This document shows positions 44,543 through 56,996 of a DNA stretch of 64,000 bases, one piece after another; the stretch's first letter is position 1, and every line of letters starts with the position of its first letter. Position numbers and translations under genes: made by a program. The notes below the pieces were generated by a model. The model did no database searches and was not told the DNA's origin. It was given only the letters and a program-made list of their open reading frames with translations. This DNA is from an uncultured Bacteroidales bacterium (GTDB lineage Bacteria; Bacteroidota; Bacteroidia; Bacteroidales; Bacteroidaceae), in assembly GCA_902768125.1 (NCBI GenBank), contig CACXKA010000005.1:23643-87642 (forward strand), written 5' to 3'.

Positions 44543-46321
44543 TTATTGAATCCAGACTTTCTTCCCTGCCTTGATATAGATTCCATGTCGGGGATTGGAA
44601 ACCTTTCGACCCAGTACGTCATAGATTTCATCGTCCTCAGAAGAAGAGGATGCCTGCACAGCGTCAATGCCCGTGGACACATAGCTGTTCGCAGCAAGGA
44701 TGAGTTGACCCAAGATGCAGTCGCTCCACTCTGAAGCAGCAGAATACAAGGCGATGACATAGTCACCCTGCTCTGTGACGTCAAACTCGAAAGTCTGCTG
44801 AGCCGGATTGCCAAAGTTGTTGGAGGCTACATTTCCGATATTGATGTTCGGCGTATAGGTCTGACTGGCAATGCTTGTGCCGCCAGTTCGTTTCTCGATA
44901 TTCAATTCCACAGAACCAAAGTCTGACATATTCCAGTTGCAAATCTTGTACTTCAACGTATAGTGACCTGGAGCCAAACTCAGAGTTGTACCTCCGTTGC
45001 TGAGTCCGTACTTTGCCCAACCCTGATGGGCTGTTCCGTTGATGTTACGGAAGTAAAGACCATATGAGAAGCCTTTGGTGGAACCCGTGAACTGCAACAC
45101 CCTGCAACCCGATGAATAGCCACTACTATAGCCCGTGCGACGCTCACTGCTATCGAAGGTTGTCCAACCAGCAGGCAACGCGTTAGCCTCTTTGAAATCG
45201 GTGGAGAGGGTGAGCGAGGTCGGAGCCTGCAGCGTCAACTCAACGGTAGCCGTACTTGTCTCTCCATCATTGTCGGTGGCAACGGCTTTCAACGTATGCT
45301 TTCCAGTCTTAACACCCGTCAAAGTCGCTTTGTAGGGCTTGGCAGTGCAAGTGGCTAAGAGCGTTGTGCCATCGTAGAACTCCACCTTCTCCACTGTGCC
45401 GTTTGGGTCGTCAGCTGTGGCTGTGATGGTGATATCAGGAAACACACTTTCACCAGCAGGGGCAAAACTGATATACTTGCCACCCGTTGATGGTGCTGTG
45501 ATTTTGACGTTGGGCGTCGTCTTGTTCAACGAATAACGCCTACAGAAGTTCCATATCTCTTTGCCTGTATAGACCTGAGGTTCCTTGCAAATCCAGTGAC
45601 CCTTGTCTTTCAACTCCAAAAGCTTGACCTCAACCCCATCATTACCAGGTCCCCAAGTATGCATCTTGGCACCACTGAAACCATTGTAATTATTGACGGT
45701 CTTGGCAGTCGTAGGACAGCCGTTGTGATTGATCCAGGGGTTGAGCGCTGGTTGCACATTGCCGAAGTTGTCAGCCGTTCCCTGAATATGAAGAATAGGA
45801 ACTGGAGGGGTTTTGGCATTGGGCGTCACGACCTGAGGACCGCTACAGGAAACAAAGGCAGCAATCTGGTCATGCATCTTGTTAATAGCATTATAGGTGA
45901 GCATGCCTCCCATGGAAAAACCACCTAAATAGACACGATTTCTATCAATCTTGTACTGCGTCACCATCTTTTCGATAATGGCCTTGATGAAGTTGATGTC
46001 ACGATCACCACCAGTATCCCAAGCTTTGTTGATACCATTGGGAAAGACAACGACAAACTTAGCCGTGTCACACACAGCCTCCATACTCACGTTGTCATTC
46101 TTGAACTCGCTGTTCTGCATCCAGTTGGCATCTTGATTGTAACCATGACAGAAAATGAGCAACGGACGGTTCTCACCAAGATTCCTGGGTGCATACACAT
46201 TATACGAGCGACTGGTGCCGCCCACAGTAATGTTGTCTGCCTTGACGGGCATCAGTCCTGCAACAAGCAAGATGAATGAAAGGCAGAAATGTCTCATGTA
46301 AATCGTATTACTTCGTATCAT
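44543..46321 (-). CDS. PHB-depolymerase-family/CE1-type esterase with Ig-like and CBM-like modules and a T9SS C-terminal domain
   Basis: It carries LLIFCHGYNQDANW and the nucleophile elbow GGFSMGG. The tail is EIYDVLGRKVSNPRHGIYIKAGKKVWIQ. The -7 box TAACTTTG lies at 46359-46366. Confidence 0.8.
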   Translation of the reverse strand: MIRSNTIYMRHFCLSFILLVAGLMPVKADNITVGGTSRSYNVYAPRNLGENRPLLIFCHGYNQDANWMQNSEFKNDNVSMEAVCDTAKFVVVFPNGINKAWDTGGDRDINFIKAIIEKMVTQYKIDRNRVYLGGFSMGGMLTYNAINKMHDQIAAFVSCSGPQVVTPNAKTPPVPILHIQGTADNFGNVQPALNPWINHNGCPTTAKTVNNYNGFSGAKMHTWGPGNDGVEVKLLELKDKGHWICKEPQVYTGKEIWNFCRRYSLNKTTPNVKITAPSTGGKYISFAPAGESVFPDITITATADDPNGTVEKVEFYDGTTLLATCTAKPYKATLTGVKTGKHTLKAVATDNDGETSTATVELTLQAPTSLTLSTDFKEANALPAGWTTFDSSERRTGYSSGYSSGCRVLQFTGSTKGFSYGLYFRNINGTAHQGWAKYGLSNGGTTLSLAPGHYTLKYKICNWNMSDFGSVELNIEKRTGGTSIASQTYTPNINIGNVASNNFGNPAQQTFEFDVTEQGDYVIALYSAASEWSDCILGQLILAANSYVSTGIDAVQASSSSEDDEIYDVLGRKVSNPRHGIYIKAGKKVWIQ

Positions 46322-46493
46322 ACAAGTGGAATTAGGAATTAGGTTTAGTTTTATGCTGCAAAGTTACACAAAAATCCTTTGCATGGATTTTCCATAGGTT
46401 TCTTTTCTCTTTCGTCAGGTTACATCTTTCCAATGAAACAAACCCTTATTTGCAGAAATGTAACACAAAGGAAACATTTAGAGGACATCTATG

Positions 46494-46535
46494 ACACAAA
46501 AAAGAGGAGACTCGCATCACTGCGGATCTCCTCCC
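46494..46535 (-). terminator. rho-independent terminator after the 46625-47368 gene
   Basis: On the minus strand the stem is GAGGAGATCCGCA...TGCGAGTCTCCTC, followed by TTTTTTGTG. Confidence 0.7.
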
Positions 46536-46624
46536 CAATCACTCTTTTCTATCATGTAAAAGAAATCAAATATTCTATGTCGTGTTTCAATCGTGTCAGT
46601 TATATAAGCCTATGAGTAAAAACT

Positions 46625-47368
46625 TTATTTGAAATACACTCTTTCACCTTTACTGTTCATATAGATGCCTGAAGTGGTTGGCACGCCATCCATAGGGACA
46701 CCATTCATGGAAATCCAACGGTCAGACTTTCTGCTCTGCTGCTCCACCGATTCGACGCCAGTAGTATTTTCTGCTACAGGAGCCTTGCGCTGCTTTGCCT
46801 CACCGCCGTTGGGACGCTGTGGGAAATTGGGCTTACCCTTGAATTGACCATTGGGCTTGCCGTTGAACTTGCCATTAGGCATACGACGCATGCGCTCGTT
46901 CTTCATGCGCTGCAGGTGCATCTTCTCCAACTGCTTCATCTTCTCGTACTGACGCTGAGTAAGAACAGTGAGGAAACGATTGTAATAAGTCTCTTCCACA
47001 TCAATCGTTGCACGACTGCGTGCAAAACGGTTCGCGTTCATCTTCCCCAGTTCCTCATCGGACCACTGACGAGGCTTCTGCTTCTCTGCACCTGGCTGAG
47101 GCTTTTCTGGCTTTGCCTTGGGATGATCAGAATATTTCTCCCAAACCTGCTTCAATTCGTTGCGATAATCCACATAGATAGGCACAAACTTAGCCGTCTT
47201 GTCTTCATCCAACTGAAGATTGCAAGCCATGCGTTTTGCCAACATCTGGGAAAGCTGCTCTTCTGTCAATTTCTGAGGTTGCTTGTTACCCTGCTTGGGC
47301 TGTGCCATCAGTGTGCCTCCCACCAAGAGGAATGCCACTGCAATTGCAAGAATCTTTTTCATATTCAT
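46625..47368 (-). CDS. periplasmic Spy/CpxP-like hypothetical protein, third gene of an ECF sigma operon
   Basis: 247 aa with a signal peptide and Lys/Gln/Pro-rich helical repeats. It follows the sigma and anti-sigma genes on the same strand. Confidence 0.55.
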   Translation of the reverse strand: MNMKKILAIAVAFLLVGGTLMAQPKQGNKQPQKLTEEQLSQMLAKRMACNLQLDEDKTAKFVPIYVDYRNELKQVWEKYSDHPKAKPEKPQPGAEKQKPRQWSDEELGKMNANRFARSRATIDVEETYYNRFLTVLTQRQYEKMKQLEKMHLQRMKNERMRRMPNGKFNGKPNGQFKGKPNFPQRPNGGEAKQRKAPVAENTTGVESVEQQSRKSDRWISMNGVPMDGVPTTSGIYMNSKGERVYFK

Positions 47369-47383
47369 ATCGTTTTTTAGAAG

Positions 47384-47710
47384 TTATAATACCGTATTGT
47401 CAATGTTTTCGTAGATAGCAATCCACTCATCGAGTGCATCGTCTGACATATAAGTTTCCACCGACTCGTCTGCCAACAGGTCTGTATCTGTCTGCTCCAT
47501 ACGATGCAGAGCATAGAACGACACGCCTGCAATGAGAAGCAACACTGCTGCCGCCGACATCCAAAAGCGTCGATGAGAGGAGCGAAGGCTGAGGGTGGAG
47601 GACTGAGCGTTAACCGTCTTGTCCATCAACCGTCCGTGCATCTCCTCGAAGAAGCCTTCTGGCACCTTGTATGGCAAGCGTTTGCCGATGTTGTTCAAAT
47701 TCTCTTCCAT
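47384..47710 (-). CDS. putative anti-sigma factor (small single-pass membrane protein)
   Basis: 108 aa with one TM segment (FWMSAAAVLLLIAGVSFYAL). It lies immediately downstream of the ECF sigma gene. Confidence 0.55.
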   Translation of the reverse strand: MEENLNNIGKRLPYKVPEGFFEEMHGRLMDKTVNAQSSTLSLRSSHRRFWMSAAAVLLLIAGVSFYALHRMEQTDTDLLADESVETYMSDDALDEWIAIYENIDNTVL

Positions 47711-47721
47711 ATCTGTTTTTT

Positions 47722-48246
47722 TTAATTTAGGAGTTCTGCTTTTATTTTTTCCTTCGCATGATGATAGGCGACCTTAAGTGTTGCCACCTTTCCGCCTGTC
47801 ACTTCGCTAATTTCTTCATAACTCAGTTCGTCGTAGTACCGCATGTTGAACACTGTGCGTTCTTGTTGACTCAATCGGAGAATCGCCTTTTGCAGACGCA
47901 CTCCTTCCACATCTTCCCAATCCACTTGTTCAGAGGCTGTGAGTCGATTCAGCAACACATCTTCCTCGCTTAGTTCCGACATTGCCCGTTCCTTCATCTT
48001 GTTGAGGTGGCGGATGCACTCGTTCGTCGCTATTCGATACAACCACACTTTCAGCATCTCCTTCTTCCTCAGACTTCCCAATCCTTGATACACACGGATG
48101 AAGGTCTCCTGCATCACGTCCTGCGCATCCTCATGGTTCACCACCATACGGCGGATGTGCCAATAAATCGGGCGTTCGTACTGCTTCAGCACGGCTTCAA
48201 ACGTCGGCATATCCTCTTCTTGCCGCCCCAACCGTAACAATCTCAT
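47722..48246 (-). CDS. RNA polymerase ECF-type sigma-70 factor
   Basis: Region 2 is DAQDVMQETFIRVY and the region 4 HTH is LSYEEISEVTGGKVATLKVAYHHAKEKI. An alternative ATG lies at 48210. Confidence 0.85.
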   Translation of the reverse strand: MRLLRLGRQEEDMPTFEAVLKQYERPIYWHIRRMVVNHEDAQDVMQETFIRVYQGLGSLRKKEMLKVWLYRIATNECIRHLNKMKERAMSELSEEDVLLNRLTASEQVDWEDVEGVRLQKAILRLSQQERTVFNMRYYDELSYEEISEVTGGKVATLKVAYHHAKEKIKAELLN

Positions 48247-48366
48247 AATAAAAGTACTTTCGTTGTGTGTATATCGTAAAGAAACTTCAAAAAGGTAAAA
48301 GTTAATGCAGGAAAACTAAATTCATGAAAAAAAGTTTTCCTGCATTCTTCTAAAGAGCGTGTTTTA

Positions 48367-49749
48367 TCACTTCACATAGACCGTCTTGGCATCCGAACCT
48401 GTGCGGACAATGTTGATGCCTTTCTGAGGTTGAGCCACAGGAACGCCCCCCAATGTGAAATAAGCCACAGCTTGATCTTGGGATGCATTCACTGATTGAA
48501 CACTGGTCATTTCCTCATCAGTGGCAGAATAAAGTGCCAAGTCCGTGATGGTGACATCTGTCGTGGCATTGAGTTTGAATCTGCATTCTGCAAAGTCATC
48601 GTCACAAGCAAACATCATCGTAGCATCCTGACCAATTGGCACCGTCTGATTCAACACCTCAGTCTTGTTGCCCGTATATTTCTTGATAGAAATCGTAATC
48701 GTACCCTCATCACCCTGTGACTTGAAGCAAAGCTTGTAGTTGCCCTTCACCAATTGGAGAGAATGGTACACATTCTGGATGTTCTTGCCACTCGGATTTT
48801 TGTCCTTATCATATTTATCAGAAGGGTTATCGCCAAACAGCATTGCCTTCGTTGTTACTGTCCATCCATGGCTGTTAGGCTTGTAACCCTCTGTTTCTAA
48901 ACCTGGACGCCACTTGAGGGTTGCATCACATGGTGTATCCAGCGTGTATTCCTTCATGAAGTTCCACATCGTCTTGCCAGAATTACCCTCTGGTGTTTTA
49001 TTTGTATACGCCTCATGACCCATTCCTTCTATCGTATAATAGATGTATGGGAAACCACCTTCTGTTGCCTCATAGACATACTTCGTATATTTGCCGCTCT
49101 CTTTGGTCACCACTGGTACTGGATTGGCACCAATTCTTGCCACAAAGTTATCAATGATGGTAGGCATACGAGCAATGTCCACAAAATTATCGTTCTTGCC
49201 ATGAATGTGCAAGAATGGAACAGGACGCACACCTGTGTGGTGCAGATGGAATTCATTCAGTTGGAAACCACTGATAGAAGCGTATGCAGCAAAAATGTCT
49301 GCACAGGTATTGGTTTGAGAATAGGTCATCATACCACCATTGGAGAAACCACAGCAGTAAATGCGCTTGCGGTCAATCGTATAATCCTCGGCAACATCTT
49401 CAATAATTGCCTTGAAGAAATCAATATCTTCGCTATCCTCACCTGTGGAATTCCAACCTGGCAAGGTACCACCAAACACTGGGAAATAAATGTCTGAACC
49501 CTGTGGATACACGACGATGAAGCCTCCAGCATCTGCCACATCAGTACCCATCGGAGCCTTGTCGCCACTATGACCACCCGTTCCATGCAACGAGAACACC
49601 AAAGGTGCGTTCTCCGTCACATTGCTAGGCACATGGAGCAGGTATGAACGTTTTTTTCCCTTCACGGTAAGATTAATTGTTTTTTCTAATGCAAACGACT
49701 GCACTGCGCAGAGCAACATCAGGAGTGTTGTAATAACTAACTTTTTCAT
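48367..49749 (-). CDS. PHB-depolymerase-family/CE1-type esterase with a T9SS C-terminal domain
   Basis: It carries LVFSLHGTGGHSGD and the nucleophile elbow CCGFSNGGMM. The tail is YFTLGGVPVAQPQKGINIVRTGSDAKTVYVK. Confidence 0.8.
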   Translation of the reverse strand: MKKLVITTLLMLLCAVQSFALEKTINLTVKGKKRSYLLHVPSNVTENAPLVFSLHGTGGHSGDKAPMGTDVADAGGFIVVYPQGSDIYFPVFGGTLPGWNSTGEDSEDIDFFKAIIEDVAEDYTIDRKRIYCCGFSNGGMMTYSQTNTCADIFAAYASISGFQLNEFHLHHTGVRPVPFLHIHGKNDNFVDIARMPTIIDNFVARIGANPVPVVTKESGKYTKYVYEATEGGFPYIYYTIEGMGHEAYTNKTPEGNSGKTMWNFMKEYTLDTPCDATLKWRPGLETEGYKPNSHGWTVTTKAMLFGDNPSDKYDKDKNPSGKNIQNVYHSLQLVKGNYKLCFKSQGDEGTITISIKKYTGNKTEVLNQTVPIGQDATMMFACDDDFAECRFKLNATTDVTITDLALYSATDEEMTSVQSVNASQDQAVAYFTLGGVPVAQPQKGINIVRTGSDAKTVYVK

Positions 49750-49770
49750 AGTGTAAGATAATTAAATGTA

Positions 49771-50952
49771 TTATTTGTTATTATTAATGAGTTCCCACTC
49801 TTCATCTGTAAAGTCAGAAGTGTCCTGTTTCCAGCTAGGATCGGGCATATACCACCAGATCTTGCTGAAATAAGCCTTCAACTTAGCATCCTGGAACACA
49901 TAGCCACGATGTGCATAAGGAAGATTGCGGATGATGCGCTTGTTGGCGATGCCTTCAGTGCTTCCATTGAGAAATTTCCCCTCTTCATCATCAAACTGCA
50001 GTTCGTAAGGTGCGATGAGGGCTATTCCTCTATCATAGAACGAGCCCAATCTGAACGTCTCGCTATCAGTGAGTGTGAGACATTCCGTAGAAAGGATATT
50101 AATGTTCTCTTTCGGACGGAAGTTGGTGGCATGAAACTCATACGTACCATCCCTCAATGCAAATTCCACATAATTGTTGTCACCACCCCATGGAGAATTA
50201 ACAGTACGCACCTTTCCCGTGCCAGCCGTCAATCTCCAACGATTTGCCATCCACGTGTCATCCACCGTCATACAGAATTGCTTGGCTGTCTTATCCACCT
50301 TGAGACGCAGGGTGAAGTCGTCAATCTGATGATTTGCCCAACGCATGGCTGGCAACAACCAATATGGGATGTTGAAAGTCTGATACACTCCAGACGACAT
50401 ACGATAGCGGTAGGTGTGATGCACCACATTCTTTCCCTCTTTGAAGTTTGCCTTGAAGCAATAAGCATAAGAGTAATTGATGTATTCATCCGTCGTCTTG
50501 TTCCTCAAGCCTTCACCGTCCTCATCCGCCAATTTCCACTGATTCAAGTCGAGTGGCGTGAAATCGGGAGCATCTTCTTGGGAAGAGCCTCGCATGACAT
50601 AGTTGCGAATAGGCAGTGTCGTACCATTCATCTCCACCGTGAAGTCGAAGATATCTGGGTGTTTGCCCGCCTTGCTAAATTCGCTATCACCTCCTGGTTC
50701 GTAAGGTCCCTGAGCCTCAAAACCCACGTCGATCGTCTTTGCCTTACCACGATTGGTGAATTCATACTGCACATCCACGCGGGCGAATTCGTCATTGCCC
50801 ATCGTGATAGTCAGCACTTCCTTCGTCACGGCAATATCCGTCTCTTGCAAGGGTACAATTTGATTTCCATTTACATAATACACACCATCATTGGCACTTG
50901 CCAGCATGGCGACAAGCCACAAAAGTGTGGCAGTCAGAAACTTCATTCTCAT
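49771..50952 (-). CDS. YARHG domain-containing secreted protein
   Basis: 393 aa with a signal peptide. The C-terminal motif is LPYAHRGYVFQDAKLKAYF. The -7 box TATCTTTG lies at 50976-50983. Confidence 0.7.
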   Translation of the reverse strand: MRMKFLTATLLWLVAMLASANDGVYYVNGNQIVPLQETDIAVTKEVLTITMGNDEFARVDVQYEFTNRGKAKTIDVGFEAQGPYEPGGDSEFSKAGKHPDIFDFTVEMNGTTLPIRNYVMRGSSQEDAPDFTPLDLNQWKLADEDGEGLRNKTTDEYINYSYAYCFKANFKEGKNVVHHTYRYRMSSGVYQTFNIPYWLLPAMRWANHQIDDFTLRLKVDKTAKQFCMTVDDTWMANRWRLTAGTGKVRTVNSPWGGDNNYVEFALRDGTYEFHATNFRPKENINILSTECLTLTDSETFRLGSFYDRGIALIAPYELQFDDEEGKFLNGSTEGIANKRIIRNLPYAHRGYVFQDAKLKAYFSKIWWYMPDPSWKQDTSDFTDEEWELINNNK

Positions 50953-51089
50953 AGTTTTTATAGGATTTGATGATGCAAAGATAGGAAAAACTTAGGAGTT
51001 TGGAGTCATGAGTTAGCAGTTTTTTTGTTTTTTCACTTTTCACTTTTCACTTTTTACATAAAAATCCGTACCTTTGCCCCGTTTTTCTT

Positions 51090-52796
51090 ATGACACAGCG
51101 TTTATTACTTCTATTCATATTGCTTTTCGCTGTGAGGACAGCATGGAGTGTCCCTGCCGACAGCAAGCCTTTCACCGTGACCAACAGCGACGGCACGGTG
51201 CTAACCATCATGTTGTGTGGTGACGAGTGTTGCCACTTCTATACCACCCTCGACGGCACGCTCGTAGTGGAAGAGGAAAATGGTGACTGGCGATTGGCTC
51301 CCGAACTGGCTGATTCCATCCAAAATGCGTGGAGCGAGAGAAGCACACGCCTCAACTTGCATCGTCAGCAACGAGCCATCGAAAACAAGACACGAAGGGC
51401 GTTTGGTTACAACACCTCTTTCATGGGAAAGAAGAAAGGCATAGTCATTTTGGTGGAATTTCCCAACAAAAACATGAAGAGCGTCAACACTCGTGAGAAA
51501 TTTGAAAGAATGTTCAACCAAGAAGGTTATCATGAAAATAACCATAAAGGTTCGGTTCACGATTATTTTTACGACCAGTCATACGGACAGCTCGACTTGA
51601 CCTTTGACGTATTTGGTCCCATCTGTGTCAGCGAGAGCGATTCCTACTATGGCGAGAACAATTCCAAAGGCAACGACCAACGGGTGGGAGAACTCACGAC
51701 CGAAGTGTGTAAATTAGCTGATGCCACCTACGACATCAACTGGGCTGACTACGACTGGGATGGTGACAAAGAGGTGGATCAAGTCTATATCATCTATGCA
51801 GGAGTTGGTGAGAATGCAGGAGGAGGCAAGAGCACCATCTGGCCTCACGAATCCTCCCTCACGTTGGCAAAGCCATTTAGAGACGGAGAAGGTCCCATCA
51901 AGTTAGGAGGATGCACCATCGACACCTATGCCATGAGCAACGAATTAAAGAGTAGTTACGACAGCACCTTGTGCGGCATCGGCACACCATGTCACGAATT
52001 CAGCCACTGTCTGGGACTCCCCGATTTCTACGACGCTAAATACACAGGAGGTGTCGGCATGCAACAATGGGATCTCATGGCTTCCGGTAGCAACAATGGA
52101 ATATCGAACAATGGTGAATGTCCTCCAGGCTTCACGGCTTACGAACGTTGGTTTGCTGGATGGCTCGAACTGACAGAACTTCATGAGCCCACCACCATCA
52201 CCGACATGCCTTGTCTCCATGATGAACCTGTGGCATACATCATCTACAATGAGGGGCATCGCGACGAATACTTCATCCTTGAGAACAGACAATCCAAAGG
52301 TTGGTATCAATACACAAAATACTATTCTGGTATGCATGGGTTGCTCGTCACACATGTGGATTACAAAAGAGACGCATGGGTGCTTAACACTGTGAACACA
52401 GTCAAGGATCATCAGCGAATGAGCTTCATACCAGCAGGAAAGGACTATGGAACTGCCAATGCCGACCAATACCATTCCCAACTGTTTCCTGGCAGCAAGA
52501 ATGTCACAGAACTCACTAACGATTCCCACAAAGACTACGGAGGAACCCTCTTTCACAGGAACACAGATGGCAGCAAATACATGAACAAGCCCATCACTGA
52601 CATTCAAGAAAGTGACGGACTCATTTCCTTTAAGTTCATGGGAGGTGCTGAGGTATTGGGCATTCAAGACATCACAGACACCACACAACCCATCATCTAT
52701 TACACATTAGATGGCATTCAAGTGGAGAAGCCTACGAAATCAGGCATTTACATCATCCAACAAGGTGATCAAATCCGCAAGTTCCTCGTAAGGTAG
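51090..52796 (+). CDS. M6 family (immune inhibitor A-like) metalloprotease with a T9SS C-terminal domain
   Basis: The HExxH site is HEFSHCLGLPDFYD. The tail is IIYYTLDGIQVEKPTKSGIYIIQQGDQIRKFLVR. A TACCTTTG box lies at 51069-51076. Confidence 0.85.
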   Translation: MTQRLLLLFILLFAVRTAWSVPADSKPFTVTNSDGTVLTIMLCGDECCHFYTTLDGTLVVEEENGDWRLAPELADSIQNAWSERSTRLNLHRQQRAIENKTRRAFGYNTSFMGKKKGIVILVEFPNKNMKSVNTREKFERMFNQEGYHENNHKGSVHDYFYDQSYGQLDLTFDVFGPICVSESDSYYGENNSKGNDQRVGELTTEVCKLADATYDINWADYDWDGDKEVDQVYIIYAGVGENAGGGKSTIWPHESSLTLAKPFRDGEGPIKLGGCTIDTYAMSNELKSSYDSTLCGIGTPCHEFSHCLGLPDFYDAKYTGGVGMQQWDLMASGSNNGISNNGECPPGFTAYERWFAGWLELTELHEPTTITDMPCLHDEPVAYIIYNEGHRDEYFILENRQSKGWYQYTKYYSGMHGLLVTHVDYKRDAWVLNTVNTVKDHQRMSFIPAGKDYGTANADQYHSQLFPGSKNVTELTNDSHKDYGGTLFHRNTDGSKYMNKPITDIQESDGLISFKFMGGAEVLGIQDITDTTQPIIYYTLDGIQVEKPTKSGIYIIQQGDQIRKFLVR

Positions 52797-52810
52797 CCTT
52801 AACTCAAATC

Positions 52811-53329
52811 TCAAACCTCCTTGTACCATTCGGCATACATAATGTAGTGCTTCGCGATGCCGATGTTCAATTCCTTGGCTGTGGCAGGATCCACTTTCTT
52901 GATGAATTTTGCAGGCACACCGCCCCACATTTCGCCGTCACCCACTTGTGTGCCTTTCAGCACCAAAGCACCAGCTGCGATGATAGCGCCCTCGCCAATC
53001 ACTGCATCGTCCAACACTGTCGCACCCATACCGATGAGTGCTCCACTCTTCACTGTGCAGCCATGCAGCGTCACATTGTGGCCGATGGTCACATCATCTC
53101 CAATCTCAATCGCCGCTTTCTTGTATAAAGTATGCAGGCACGAACCATCCTGAATGTTCACACGATTTCCTATCTTGATGTAATTTACATCACCACGTAT
53201 CACTGCATTGAACCACACCGTACATTGGTCACCCATCTGCACATCGCCCACAATCGTGGCATTCTCACTAAAATAGCAGCCCTCTCCCCATTTCGGAGTC
53301 AAGCCGCACACTGTCTTAATTAAAGCCAT
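52811..53329 (-). CDS. gamma-class carbonic anhydrase family / hexapeptide-repeat protein
   Basis: 172 aa with the left-handed beta-helix hexapeptide pattern (VWFNAVIRGDVNYIKIGNRVNIQDGSCLH...). Confidence 0.85.
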   Translation of the reverse strand: MALIKTVCGLTPKWGEGCYFSENATIVGDVQMGDQCTVWFNAVIRGDVNYIKIGNRVNIQDGSCLHTLYKKAAIEIGDDVTIGHNVTLHGCTVKSGALIGMGATVLDDAVIGEGAIIAAGALVLKGTQVGDGEMWGGVPAKFIKKVDPATAKELNIGIAKHYIMYAEWYKEV

Positions 53330-53479
53330 TGTTATTTACTATTTGACAATTTACCATTTTACTATTTGGTTGTAAAGGTAGGGAGATTTTACGAAAAAAT
53401 CCCTATTTCCTCAACTTTTTTAGGGTTGGATGGTATTGTTTCAATTTTTTTTTGCAATTTTGCATCATAAACCTATTGA

Positions 53480-54988
<1,509 letters not shown>

Positions 54989-54991
54989 AAA

Positions 54992-55219
54992 ATGCATCTA
55001 CACATCATTACACCTACAGGAACAGCATACGAAGGGGAAGTGGGACGGTTTCAATTCACTTCGGCAACAGGCATGATGGAATTTCTCCCAGGTCATGCCC
55101 CGATGATTGCAGAGGTAAAGGCTGGAAACATCCATACAGAGAATGAAGAGATTGTATGTGGTGCTGGTGTGGTGAGAATAGAGAACGACGAAATCACTGT
55201 GGTATGCGAGCCGTCATAA
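54992..55219 (+). CDS. atpC: F0F1 ATP synthase subunit epsilon (short form, beta-sandwich domain only)
   Basis: It is only 75 aa and sits directly after atpD. It shows the typical N-terminal pattern LHIITP....EGEV. Confidence 0.8.
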   Translation: MHLHIITPTGTAYEGEVGRFQFTSATGMMEFLPGHAPMIAEVKAGNIHTENEEIVCGAGVVRIENDEITVVCEPS

Positions 55220-56202
55220 TATATATGATATGTGTGTTGGGCTTTGCTGCACCCATCAGGGCAGAAGAGAAGCTGGATGTGTCCAAACTCATCTTTGAGC
55301 ATTTGGGCGACAGCTACGAGTGGCACATTGTGGAGGGGGCAGTCATTCCCCTACCCTGCATCCTCATTGGAGAAGAGGGCGTGGATATGTTTATGTCGGA
55401 CAAGCTGGAACATGGCGCAACCTACAAGGGTTATCATATTGCTGCAGAAGGTGACCACGAAGGAAAAATTGTGAATGCGGCTGGAGAACGTCCATTTGAC
55501 ATCAGCATCACGAAGAATGTGCTGGAACTGTTCATCGTGTGTATCTTGTTGTGTTCCGTGGTATTGGGTTTGGCAAGATGGTATAAGAAGAACGGAAGCA
55601 AAAAGGCTCCTGGTGGATTTGTGGGAATGATGGAAGCGGTCATCGACTTCATTGACAAGGATGTGGCAAAAGAAAGCATCGGACATGGATATGAGAAGTT
55701 CTCGCCTTATTTGATGACGGTGTTCTTGTTCATCCTGACGAGCAACCTCTTGGGACTCATCCCCGTCTTTCCTGGTGGCGCCAACTTGACTGGCAACATT
55801 GCCGTGACACTGACTTGTGCAGTGACTGCCTTCATCGCCATCAACTGCTTTGCACCAAAAGGATACTATAAGAGCATCTTCTGGCCAGATGTGCCCATCT
55901 TCTTGAAGGCACCACTGCCCATTATGCCGACCATCGAGTTCATCGGGGTCTTCACCAAACCCTTCTCATTGACTGTCCGTCTTTTTGCCAACATCATGGC
56001 AGGACACATCATCATTCTCGCCTTGACCAGCGTGGTGTTTGTGACCGCAAAGATGGGGGCAGGCATGTGTGCCTCCATGACAGCAGTGAGCGTCCTTTTC
56101 TGCATCTTCATGAACTGCCTCGAATTGCTCGTGGCATTCATCCAAGCATACGTGTTCACGATATTGACCGCCAACTTCATTGGATTGGCGCATGATGAAT
56201 AA
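55204..56202 (+). CDS. atpB: F0F1 ATP synthase subunit a
   Basis: It is a multi-TM protein with the conserved SLTVRLFANIMAGH motif. The start is uncertain: ATGs lie at 55204 and 55225, and the track start at 55156 lies within atpC. Confidence 0.85.
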   Translation: MRAVIIYMICVLGFAAPIRAEEKLDVSKLIFEHLGDSYEWHIVEGAVIPLPCILIGEEGVDMFMSDKLEHGATYKGYHIAAEGDHEGKIVNAAGERPFDISITKNVLELFIVCILLCSVVLGLARWYKKNGSKKAPGGFVGMMEAVIDFIDKDVAKESIGHGYEKFSPYLMTVFLFILTSNLLGLIPVFPGGANLTGNIAVTLTCAVTAFIAINCFAPKGYYKSIFWPDVPIFLKAPLPIMPTIEFIGVFTKPFSLTVRLFANIMAGHIIILALTSVVFVTAKMGAGMCASMTAVSVLFCIFMNCLELLVAFIQAYVFTILTANFIGLAHDE

Positions 56203-56208
56203 AAGTAA

Positions 56209-56484
<276 letters not shown>

Positions 56485-56491
56485 TTAACAG

Positions 56492-56977
56492 ATGAATCCA
56501 CTCATACCAGACCCAGGACTGCTCTTCTGGATGGTGCTCTCGTTCGGTGTGGTGTTCTTCCTGCTGGCGAAGTTCGGCTTCCCAGTCATCGTGAAGGCCA
56601 TCAACGAACGGAAAGAGTTCATCGAGATGTCGCTTCTCTCTGCCAAGCAAGCCAATGAAAAACTGGCTGGCATTCAGGCAGAGAGTGAGAAACTGTTGGC
56701 TGATGCCAAAGCCCAACAGAAGGACATCATTGCGGCTGCCATGCAGGAGAAACAGCGGATTGTACAAGCAGCACAGGAGGAAGCTCAAACTTCTGCCCAA
56801 CAAATGATTGAGGAGGCACGACAGAGCATTCAGGCAGAGAAAGAAAGAGCTTTACAGGATGTTCGAAACGAAGTGGCAAGCCTCGCCCTCGACATCGCCG
56901 AAAAGGTGATTGGCGAACGGATGAAGGATGACGCGACACAACGGAAGAACATAGAGCAACTCATTGACAAACTCTAA
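56492..56977 (+). CDS. atpF: F0F1 ATP synthase subunit b
   Basis: 161 aa with an N-terminal TM segment and then a long charged helix. Confidence 0.9.
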   Translation: MNPLIPDPGLLFWMVLSFGVVFFLLAKFGFPVIVKAINERKEFIEMSLLSAKQANEKLAGIQAESEKLLADAKAQQKDIIAAAMQEKQRIVQAAQEEAQTSAQQMIEEARQSIQAEKERALQDVRNEVASLALDIAEKVIGERMKDDATQRKNIEQLIDKL

Positions 56978-56996
56978 GGGTCAACCATCAACGCTC